Source: a virus. Taken from it: DNA of 64,000 nucleotides. The notes beneath the pieces were generated by a model that searched no databases, was not told the DNA's origin, and saw only the letters and a program-made list of their open reading frames with translations. The first letter of the stretch is position 1. Every line of letters begins with the position of its first letter. Shown piece by piece: positions 54,021 to 61,243 of this stretch. The DNA lies in IMG/VR virus record IMGVR_UViG_3300024333_000005, positions 21,242-85,241 of that record. One strand, given 5' to 3'. Made by a program: the position numbers and the translations under genes.

Positions 54021-54960
54021 CCTGTCGGCCCAGCTCTCCCGCTACCTGCGGGAGCGGCACGACGCGCTCTCCCCGGAGGCAAGGCTGGTCTGGTCCACCA
54101 GTAGCGACCTGGTCGCCATCCTGCGACTGACCTGGGAGAAGCTGTGGTGGGAGGAGCGGGCCCGGGAGTTCCTGGCCCGGCTCGACGGGGTGGAGGCAGC
54201 CGCGGCCGAGGCGGCCCGGGAGCGCACCGCCCTGGATCGCGGGGCGGCCCGGGTCCTGGAGCGGGTCGAGTGGGGTGGCCCCTGGGGGCGGGGCTACTGC
54301 CCCGACTGCCTGGAGAGCCGGGGGGTGGGGCACACCCCGCGCTGCGGGATTGCCTGGGCGCTCGGGCGTCCCGGGGCGGAGCCCTGGCCCGGCGGCGAGT
54401 CCTCGCCGGCCGAACCCCGGAGCCTGCCCCCGGTGTCCGCGAACGAGATCCGGGTCCTGGCGGCCCAGGCTTTCGAGGCGCTGCGCCGGGTCGCCGGCGA
54501 GTTGTGGGAGAGCCCGCGGCTCCGGGCCTCCGGCCACGACTGCCGGGAGGACTCCCGGGGCGCTCCCTGCCCCTGCTCCCGCGATGGCCGGAGTGCCCCC
54601 GAAGAAGAGTGCGATTGCGGGGCCGCCGAAGACCTCCTGATGGCCAGGAGAGCCTACGCCATCGTCGAGTCGGCCCTGGTCGATGTCCCGGTGCTGCGCT
54701 TGCCCGACCCGCGGCTGACCGAGCCGGCGGTGGTGCGGGGCAAGCGCGGGGTGCCGGTTCCCGGGCTGCCGCCCTGCCCGCCCGGGGGGTGGGTCGAAAT
54801 CGTCCTCCCTACCCCCGGCCCGGCCGCCTGGAACCAGCCGCGGCAATGGGCGGTTCGCGATTCCGAGGGGCGGCTGCTCGGAGAAGCGACTTGCCTGCTC
54901 GACCCGGCGCCCGGGGTGCTGCTCCCGACTGCGGAATGGGACGAGCGGTGCAAGTCGTAG
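53998..54960 (+). CDS. Hypothetical Cys-rich protein
   Basis: GGAGG RBS; CPDC..H..C and further Cys clusters. Confidence 0.6.
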   Translation: MSAPMPGDLSAQLSRYLRERHDALSPEARLVWSTSSDLVAILRLTWEKLWWEERAREFLARLDGVEAAAAEAARERTALDRGAARVLERVEWGGPWGRGYCPDCLESRGVGHTPRCGIAWALGRPGAEPWPGGESSPAEPRSLPPVSANEIRVLAAQAFEALRRVAGELWESPRLRASGHDCREDSRGAPCPCSRDGRSAPEEECDCGAAEDLLMARRAYAIVESALVDVPVLRLPDPRLTEPAVVRGKRGVPVPGLPPCPPGGWVEIVLPTPGPAAWNQPRQWAVRDSEGRLLGEATCLLDPAPGVLLPTAEWDERCKS

Positions 54961-55142
54961 ACGGCCGCCCTCGCCTCTTCCCGGCCGACCCCTGGCCGGC
55001 GGACCCGCAGCGGGAGGGAGAGCACCCCTGCTCCCGGTGCCCGGAGCCCTCACCCACTCCCGACGACTGCCGGCGCTGCGAGGCCAAGTGGGAGCGGGCC
55101 TACGACGACCTGGCCGAGGCGGCTGCCCCGGAGGCGCGGTGA
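54948..55142 (+). CDS. Small Cys4 protein
   Basis: CSRC...CRRC; start uncertain. Confidence 0.45.
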   Translation: MQVVDGRPRLFPADPWPADPQREGEHPCSRCPEPSPTPDDCRRCEAKWERAYDDLAEAAAPEAR

Positions 55143-55390
55143 GCCGGTTGCTCTGGTGGGAGCGGACCCGAGAGGGCTTCTCCCTGCGCCTCCCCTGGCG
55201 GCGGCTCCTGTACGCCGGCCGGGACCGCCACGGCGCCAGGTTCGTTGCCCTGGCCCGCTACGAGGTCCTTGGCGGCTTCATCGTCCTCTTTGGCTCCCGG
55301 GAGCTGCGAGTGACCTGGGGCGGGTGGCGGTGCTGGCAGTGGCCGAATCGGGACGGTGCGGCTCTCGGACGCCTCTGGCTGGAGTGGTGA
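55139..55390 (+). CDS. Small Trp-rich hypothetical protein
   Basis: GGAGG RBS; GTGA coupling. Confidence 0.55.
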   Translation: MSRLLWWERTREGFSLRLPWRRLLYAGRDRHGARFVALARYEVLGGFIVLFGSRELRVTWGGWRCWQWPNRDGAALGRLWLEW

Positions 55391-55391
55391 C

Positions 55392-55700
55392 ATGGCGAAC
55401 CCGAAGGGCTGGGTGAGCAACACCTTCAACCCCGACGAGGTGGCCGCGCTCTGTGCCCTCTTCGCCGCCCTCGACCGGCGAGACCTGGGAGAAGCCCGGG
55501 ACCTGGCGGCGGGCCCGGTCGGCCGCCACCTGCTCGCCCGCTTCCTGCGGATGCGGGAGCGGACCCGGGCCGGGTGTGCCAAGGCCGGCCGTCCCGGCCC
55601 CTGGACGCCACCAGGGGCTCGGCAAGCCCCCGGGGCGGCCCGGAGGCCGGCCCCCCTTCCCTGTCGAGCCCCTGGTGCCCCCTGGGAGGCCCCCCCATGA
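55392..55700 (+). CDS. Hypothetical protein
   Basis: GGAG RBS; C-terminus runs through a dispersed repeat. Confidence 0.55.
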   Translation: MANPKGWVSNTFNPDEVAALCALFAALDRRDLGEARDLAAGPVGRHLLARFLRMRERTRAGCAKAGRPGPWTPPGARQAPGAARRPAPLPCRAPGAPWEAPP

Positions 55701-56038
55701 ACCGGACGGACGAGTACCTGGTCAAGAGCATCCGCCGGATCGCCCGGATGGCCGGCCGGCTGGACGACCCCTCGGTTGTGGCCTTCGCCGCGCTGTGGGA
55801 GGGGGAGGCCCGCCTGATCCTCGTCCTGGTCGCCGGCTCCAGGCCGCGGGCCTGGGCCGCCCTCACCTGGCGGTGGGTGGCCGAGGCGGTGCGGCGCCTG
55901 GCGAGCAGGCTCTACTGGCGCTGGTCGGACCTGCGGGGCCGGACCTGGGTGGACGCCGATGGCCTGCGGCACTCGGCCGCCTGCCCGGGCGCCTGCGACG
56001 CGGAACCCTGTCTCCTGCCTGGGGAGGAAGCGCAGTGA
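55697..56038 (+). CDS. Hypothetical protein
   Basis: GGAGG RBS; ATGA coupling. Confidence 0.6.
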   Translation: MNRTDEYLVKSIRRIARMAGRLDDPSVVAFAALWEGEARLILVLVAGSRPRAWAALTWRWVAEAVRRLASRLYWRWSDLRGRTWVDADGLRHSAACPGACDAEPCLLPGEEAQ

Positions 56039-56322
56039 CCGGGTGGACGGCGGTGGCCCTGGCGGCCCTCCTGGTCGGCGCCACCCTCGGCTACCTGGCA
56101 GGATGGGTGGCGGGCCACCAAGCGGCCCGACGAGCTGCCCGCCGGGCGGGAGCCGCGGCGCTGCTCCCTGCCCCCGACGCCCACCTGGGGCACCTGTTCC
56201 TCGACCTGGATGCCGCCTCCTACCGGCTGCGGCGGCACCTGCGGGCCTGCCGCCGCTGCCGGGAGGCCCTGCCGGCGGTGCTGGCGGCTCGCCAGCGGGC
56301 GGGGCGCAGCGGGCTCAACTAG
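56035..56322 (+). CDS. Small membrane protein
   Basis: N-terminal TM 'WTAVALAALLVGATLGYLAGWVAG'; H...CxxC. Confidence 0.6.
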   Translation: MTGWTAVALAALLVGATLGYLAGWVAGHQAARRAARRAGAAALLPAPDAHLGHLFLDLDAASYRLRRHLRACRRCREALPAVLAARQRAGRSGLN

Positions 56323-56409
56323 CGCAAGTGCCTGGGGTTTCCGGCCGCGGCACTACTTCGCCTCTCCTGCGCAGCGAGGGGCGCGGCTGCCGCTGGCGCT
56401 GTCGTCCGC

Positions 56410-56438
56410 TTGACGCCGGGGGGAGGGGGCAATAGGAT
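56410..56438 (+). promoter_or_regulatory. Sigma70-type promoter facing a non-coding region
   Basis: TTGACG(56410-56415)-17 nt-TAGGAT(56433-56438). Confidence 0.65.
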
Positions 56439-56444
56439 CGGCCC

Positions 56445-56650
56445 TGCGTGGAGCGGTGACCCTTGCGGGGTTGCCCCTTCCGGTGGCTCTCCCCCTCCCG
56501 CCGTGGCTGCGGAGGGAGGGGGGCTGCCGTCGCGAGCGAGACCTTGCCCGGGCGAAGCCTATGCGGGAATGGCGCTCGGGTGGGGTCTGGGAGATCCTAC
56601 TAGGTCCCCGACGCGGCGAAGGCCAGGCAGAGCGCCTGGCCTTCGCCTGC
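56445..56650 (+). ncRNA. Putative structured small RNA
   Basis: Stems at 56455-56475 and 56482-56528 with several G-U pairs valid only on +; ends in a 14-bp perfect hairpin. Confidence 0.55.
56615..56647. terminator. Strong hairpin between convergent transcripts
   Basis: GGCGAAGGCCAGGC-AGAGC-GCCTGGCCTTCGCC; no U-tract. Confidence 0.55.
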
Positions 56651-56669
56651 CGGCCCGGTGGGCCTGCGG

Positions 56670-57512
56670 CTACGCCGCCGCCGCCGCCTCCGCCGCCGCC
56701 TCCAAGCTCCCCTGCCCGGCGAGCAGGTACCACCCGGCCGGCACCGACCCGGTCGCCCCGACCTCGACCACCGTCCGCTTCCCGCCCGGGGTGCGGATCG
56801 TGCCCTCGCTGATCACCGGCTGGACCGCGTCGCTGGCGGTGATCTCCCGGGCCGCGGTGATCGTCCGCTTCTCGCTCACCTTCCGCCGGAGGGCCTTCGG
56901 GCCGGTCCCCTTGCCGAGGCGCAGGGTGATGGTGTGCCAGTCGGGCCACGGCTGGGCGGTGCGGGCGTGCGGGCTCTCGCACCAGACCTGCCCGACCTGG
57001 GCGGACGCCTCGCCCCCGGCCCGCTCCCGGGCCAGCTTGCAGAGGGCCCGGCGGCAGTCGCTCCCCTTGGGCTGCTCGACGCCCTCCGCCCGGGCCGCCA
57101 GCCGCGACGCCTCGGTCTTGAGCCGGTTGATCGACTCCAGCTTCGCCTTGAGGGCCGCCGCCGGGTCCGCCGGCTTGCGGACCAGGGTGGCCTTCGGGGC
57201 CGGCGCCGACTCGGGCTCGGTCGCCCCGGCCGCCAGGGCCGCCCGGGCCTCCGCCAGCGGCTCGCTCGGCTTGGCCTCCGGCTCGGTGGCCGGGGCCGGG
57301 GGCTCGGCCGCGGGCGCCGGGGCGGCGGGCGCCGCGAGCGCCTTGCGGGCCGCCTTCACCGCCTTGGCCTTCTCGGCCGGGGCCGGCGCCGCCGGCTCGG
57401 CCGCGGGCGCCGCCTCCGGCGCCGCCTCGGGCTCCTTGGCCGCGAACGTCTTGCGGGCCTTCTCGGCCCCCTTCCCGCCCTGCTCCGGCTTCCGGTTGAT
57501 CTTCAGTGCCAT
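56670..57512 (-). CDS. Lys/Ala/Pro-rich protein with globular C-terminal domain (possible early/host-takeover protein)
   Basis: AAGGAG RBS; in the minus-strand operon under promoter copy B. Confidence 0.75.
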   Translation of the reverse strand: MALKINRKPEQGGKGAEKARKTFAAKEPEAAPEAAPAAEPAAPAPAEKAKAVKAARKALAAPAAPAPAAEPPAPATEPEAKPSEPLAEARAALAAGATEPESAPAPKATLVRKPADPAAALKAKLESINRLKTEASRLAARAEGVEQPKGSDCRRALCKLARERAGGEASAQVGQVWCESPHARTAQPWPDWHTITLRLGKGTGPKALRRKVSEKRTITAAREITASDAVQPVISEGTIRTPGGKRTVVEVGATGSVPAGWYLLAGQGSLEAAAEAAAAA

Positions 57513-57534
57513 CGTCGTTCTCCTTCCTCGGGCT

Positions 57535-58092
57535 CTAGGCCCGGCTGCTCCAGCGCTCGATCATCTCGGGGGTCCGCATATCCAGGGTGCAGACCTCCCC
57601 GCTCTCGGCCGCCTCCCGCATGCCCCGGGCGGTGTCCTCGTCCAGGCCGATCAGGCCCCGGCTGTGCGCCCCCTCGAAGGTCCAGGGGACCGGCAGCTCG
57701 ACGTAGGGCGACTCGCCCGGCTTCCGGCGGGTCGCCAGGTAGGCCCCGCCGAGCCGGCGCTTGCCGCACCCCCGGGGCAGCTCCAGGGCGGCGTCGACGA
57801 TCACCTGGAGCTTCAGGCCCTCGATCACCGGGGCCTCCAGGGTGGCGGCGCCGCTCTCGCCGGCGATGAACTCGACGTACAGGGGGTCGAAGTACCCGGC
57901 GATGATGCCCGGGTGGTAGGCCCCGCCGGCCGCCGCCGCGCCGAAGACGCACCAGACCCGGCTCTTGCCGGGCTCCAGGCCCTTCGGCAGGGGCAGCCGG
58001 ACCCGCCGGCTCACGCCCTGCTCCCGGGCCTCCGCGGCGAAGCTCTCGGGGGTGTAGTGCGAGCCCCCGACGTGGATCAGGTAGTCGCTCAT
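57535..58092 (-). CDS. Hypothetical protein
   Basis: AGGAGG RBS; 'YTPESF..EA...GVSRR', 'RGCG.R..GG.Y'. Confidence 0.75.
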   Translation of the reverse strand: MSDYLIHVGGSHYTPESFAAEAREQGVSRRVRLPLPKGLEPGKSRVWCVFGAAAAGGAYHPGIIAGYFDPLYVEFIAGESGAATLEAPVIEGLKLQVIVDAALELPRGCGKRRLGGAYLATRRKPGESPYVELPVPWTFEGAHSRGLIGLDEDTARGMREAAESGEVCTLDMRTPEMIERWSSRA

Positions 58093-58295
58093 CGGGTCCT
58101 CCTTGCCGCGCCCGCCTGCCCGTGGTCCACCTCGTCCGTCACGTCCTCCGGGCCGTCGGGCGTCTCCCGGTAGGCCCGGGCCTGGAGGCCCTGGGCCCGG
58201 GCTTGCCGCAAGCTGCGGGCCGCGGCCGTCTTGGTCCTGAGCCCCTCTTCCCAGGCCGTGTGCCCGGGTGCCCGAACGGTGTAGGTGATCCTCAT
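58089..58295 (-). CDS. Small hypothetical protein
   Basis: AAGGAGG RBS before ATG at 58295; frame is also open upstream to about 58403. Confidence 0.6.
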   Translation of the reverse strand: MRITYTVRAPGHTAWEEGLRTKTAAARSLRQARAQGLQARAYRETPDGPEDVTDEVDHGQAGAARRTR

Positions 58296-58402
58296 CTCGC
58301 CCTCCTTGCCGCGCCCACCTGCCGGCCTATCCGGCAGGGCCACCGACTCGACGGTGGTGCCCGGGCCCTCGCCCGGGCCGCACGACCGGCACCCGCTCGC
58401 CA

Positions 58403-58633
58403 CTACAGCCCCGCCTCCGCCGCGAGCAGGGCCAGGTCCTCCAGGGGCAGGACCCACCGGGCCTCGTCCCGGACGGCCGCCGGGGCGCAGGCGAACGACA
58501 GCTCGTCCAGCTCCACTTCGCACGCCTCGCAGACGACCCGGCAGCGCCGCGCCTCCCCCGGGCGGTAGGCGACCCGCCCCAGGATCTCGCCACATCGCTC
58601 ACACCGGACCAGCTCGCTCGTCTTGTTTGCCAT
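58403..58633 (-). CDS. Small Cys4 zinc-binding protein, first gene of the minus-strand operon
   Basis: TAAGGAGG RBS; CERC...CEAC. Confidence 0.7.
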   Translation of the reverse strand: MANKTSELVRCERCGEILGRVAYRPGEARRCRVVCEACEVELDELSFACAPAAVRDEARWVLPLEDLALLAAEAGL

Positions 58634-58730
58634 CGCTCTTCCTCCTTACATCAACAAGCATAGGCGTGGCGAAGCGGGAAATCAACGAAAAAAGAGAAGC
58701 CGAGGGGCGCCTCGTTCACTTTTCCTGCAA
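58634..58730 (-). promoter_or_regulatory. Sigma70-type promoter with upstream box (copy B)
   Basis: On minus: TTGATT(58685-58680)-17 nt-TATGCT(58662-58657); closely similar to copy A at 26273-26357. Confidence 0.8.
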
Positions 58731-58757
58731 CGCCTTGACTGTGCTAGGGTTCTGGGA

Positions 58758-59399
58758 ATGCCCCTGATTGCCCGCGGTCCTACCCCCTCCAAGCCGGCCC
58801 CCCGACCTGCCTCCGCCGAGCTGCTAGCCCGGGCCCGGGCGGCTCTGGCTGGCGGCCTGGACCCGGACGAGACCGCGGCCCTTCTGGGCGTCGCCCCCGA
58901 GCGGGCGGACGAGCTGGTGGCCGAGGCCCGGGCCGGAGAGGAAGTGCGCCTGGTCGGCCGCCGCCCGGAGGCGGTCTACGTCGACTACGTCCTGCGCTCC
59001 GGCCACCACCTGCGGGAGCTGGACGAGCTGAAGGAGTGGCTGCGCAGCACCAAGCAAGGGGCGGCCGCGGTCGGGGCGGTGAAGGCCAAGCAGGACATCC
59101 TCGACCGGATCATCAAGCTCGGCCAGGACCTCGGGTTCGTCCGCCGGGAGCCCACCCAGCACTCGGTGGTGGTGGCCCGCCTGGACGACGCCGGCCTGCG
59201 GGAGCTGCTCGCCCGCGAGCTGACTGGCCTTACCCGGCTCATGGACCGGGCCGGGGACACCCCGCTCCTGGAGCTGTCCCCGGCGGCGATGGCCGCCGCC
59301 TCCCGGGGGCTTGACCCGGTGCCGCCCCGACTGGCAGAATCCCCCTCGTCGCCGGTGGTGCGCCGCAAGGTGCGCTCCCTGCCGGCAGGAGGTGCCTGA
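58758..59399 (+). CDS. terS: Probable terminase small subunit
   Basis: N-terminal HTH 'ETAALLGV', helical core; first gene of the packaging operon. Confidence 0.55.
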   Translation: MPLIARGPTPSKPAPRPASAELLARARAALAGGLDPDETAALLGVAPERADELVAEARAGEEVRLVGRRPEAVYVDYVLRSGHHLRELDELKEWLRSTKQGAAAVGAVKAKQDILDRIIKLGQDLGFVRREPTQHSVVVARLDDAGLRELLARELTGLTRLMDRAGDTPLLELSPAAMAAASRGLDPVPPRLAESPSSPVVRRKVRSLPAGGA

Positions 59400-59707
59400 T
59401 GGCCCAGAGCTTCGTCACCGGCGTCGTGATCGGGACCGGGGCGGCGATGAACGTGCAGGGCGACAAGGTGGGCTTCCGCCCGAGCGTCGTCCGCGTCCAC
59501 AACCGGACCCGCAACAGCTTCGCGATCTGGACCGACCGGATGCCGGCCGCGTCCATGCAGAAGGTGGTCGACTCCGGCGCCGGCACGACCGATGTCTCGT
59601 TCGTCACCGCGAACGGGGTCACCCAGCTCTGCGGCGGCTTCACCCTGGGCGCCGACGCCAACCTCAACGGCGCGGGCGACGAGATCCACTTCGAGTGCTG
59701 GGGGTAG
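59399..59707 (+). CDS. Small beta-rich virion protein (head decoration/fibre-like)
   Basis: AGGAGG RBS; 'TG...GTGAA.NV...VGFRP..V.V.N'. Confidence 0.5.
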   Translation: MAQSFVTGVVIGTGAAMNVQGDKVGFRPSVVRVHNRTRNSFAIWTDRMPAASMQKVVDSGAGTTDVSFVTANGVTQLCGGFTLGADANLNGAGDEIHFECWG

Positions 59708-59791
59708 TCCCTGGCCCTCGTCCTCGCCCGCCACCCCGCCCCTAGCCCTCGACTGCCGCCGGCCCTGGGCGCCCCTGCCCGCGGCCGGCGG

Positions 59792-61216
59792 TTGTCCCCC
59801 CGCCCCCGCCCGTCCCCGGCCGCTCGGGCCGACCTGCTCCGCCGCCTGGAGGAGGCGAAGGCCCTGCGCCGAGAGTGGCTGCGCCGGCAGATTCTGGAGC
59901 GGGACCGAATCGACCTGCTCGCCAGCGAAGTCCTCGGCTACGAGGTCCGCCCGCACCACCTGGACCTGCTCCAGCATCAGCACCGCTTCCCGGACCGCAA
60001 CCTCGCCCTGGCCTGGCGGGGAGCCGGCAAGACCACCGTCCGCACCGTCTGCCGGGCGATCTTCCTCCTGCTCAAGAACCCGAACGCCCGCATCCTCCTG
60101 GCTTCCAAGTCGAGCCTGAACGCCGCGGCCATGCTGGCCGAGATCAAGGGCCGCCTGACCTCGCCGGCCTTCGAGGAGGTCTTCGGGGTCTGGCAGGGGC
60201 CGAAGTGGGACGACATCGCCATCCAGGTCCGGCCCCGGACCTCCGGCGCCAAGGAACCGAGCGTCGGAGTGGTGGGCGCCGAGTCCAGCATCGTCTCCCT
60301 GCACTGGGACGCCCTGCTGGTGGACGACCTGGTGGACGAGGAGAACGCCCGCACCCCGACCCTGCGCAACCGGCTCCAGACGCTCTTCTACAAGGCCCTG
60401 CTCCCGACCCTGGTACCGGGCGGTGAGCTGTCCCTCTGCGGGACCCGCTACCACCACCTCGACCTCTACGGCCACCTGGCCGAGAACGAGATGGCGGGCC
60501 CCCGGACCCTGGTGGTCCCCGGCCTGCGGGGGAGCGACGAGCAGGGCTGGGAGGCGGTCTGGCCGGAGCGCTTCTCGGTGGAGCACCTGCTCGCCCTGCG
60601 CAGAAGCATGGGGAGCATCCTCTGGGACTCGCAGTACCTCTGCTCGACTCGCAAGATGGCCGGCGGCGGCTTCGTCGACTTCGAGTGGTGCCAGCGGGTC
60701 GCGGCCACCGAGGTGCCCGCCGACGCGCCCCGCTTCCTGGGCGCCGACCTGGCGATCAGCATGGCGCCCGGGGCCGACCGCTTCGCCGTTGTCGTCGAAG
60801 CATGGGACTCGACCTCCGACCGGCGCTGGGTGGTCGACGGCTACGCCGGCCGCCGGCCGCCGCACGAGCAGCGGCGGATCATCGCCGACCACTACCGGCG
60901 GCACCGCTGCGTGCGGGGGTGCATCGAGAGCAACGCCTACCAGGCGGCGCTCATCTCCGACCTGCGCCGGGAACAGCCCGACCTGGTCCTGGTCCCCTCC
61001 CACACCGGCGCCGCCAAGGAGGCGCGGATGCTCGCCCTGGCCGCGGCCCACGAGGACCTGCGGGTCTTCTACGCCGAGGGGCTGGACTGGCTCGTCGAGG
61101 AAATGGTGCTCTTCCCGACCGGCGCTCACGACGACGGGTTCGACGCCCTGGACCTGGCCCACCGGGCGACCCGCTACCGGCAGCGGAAGGCCCGCCGGGA
61201 AGTCGGCTTGCTCTAG
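59792..61216 (+). CDS. terL: Terminase large subunit
   Basis: 'RGAGKTT', 'LLVDDLVDE', 'GTRYH..DLYG', 'WPERF', 'GADLA', 'HDD..DAL'. Confidence 0.95.
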   Translation: MSPRPRPSPAARADLLRRLEEAKALRREWLRRQILERDRIDLLASEVLGYEVRPHHLDLLQHQHRFPDRNLALAWRGAGKTTVRTVCRAIFLLLKNPNARILLASKSSLNAAAMLAEIKGRLTSPAFEEVFGVWQGPKWDDIAIQVRPRTSGAKEPSVGVVGAESSIVSLHWDALLVDDLVDEENARTPTLRNRLQTLFYKALLPTLVPGGELSLCGTRYHHLDLYGHLAENEMAGPRTLVVPGLRGSDEQGWEAVWPERFSVEHLLALRRSMGSILWDSQYLCSTRKMAGGGFVDFEWCQRVAATEVPADAPRFLGADLAISMAPGADRFAVVVEAWDSTSDRRWVVDGYAGRRPPHEQRRIIADHYRRHRCVRGCIESNAYQAALISDLRREQPDLVLVPSHTGAAKEARMLALAAAHEDLRVFYAEGLDWLVEEMVLFPTGAHDDGFDALDLAHRATRYRQRKARREVGLL

Positions 61217-61243
61217 GGCCAGGGCGGGCGGTAGAGTCGGCCC

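Noticed and set aside
56456-56812. Plus-strand ORF across the ncRNA candidate
   Set aside because: No RBS, poly-Pro composition, and it runs antisense into the real gene ending at 56670
58735-58763. TTGACT before the putative terS as a sigma70 promoter
   Set aside because: No acceptable -10 hexamer at 16-18 nt spacing
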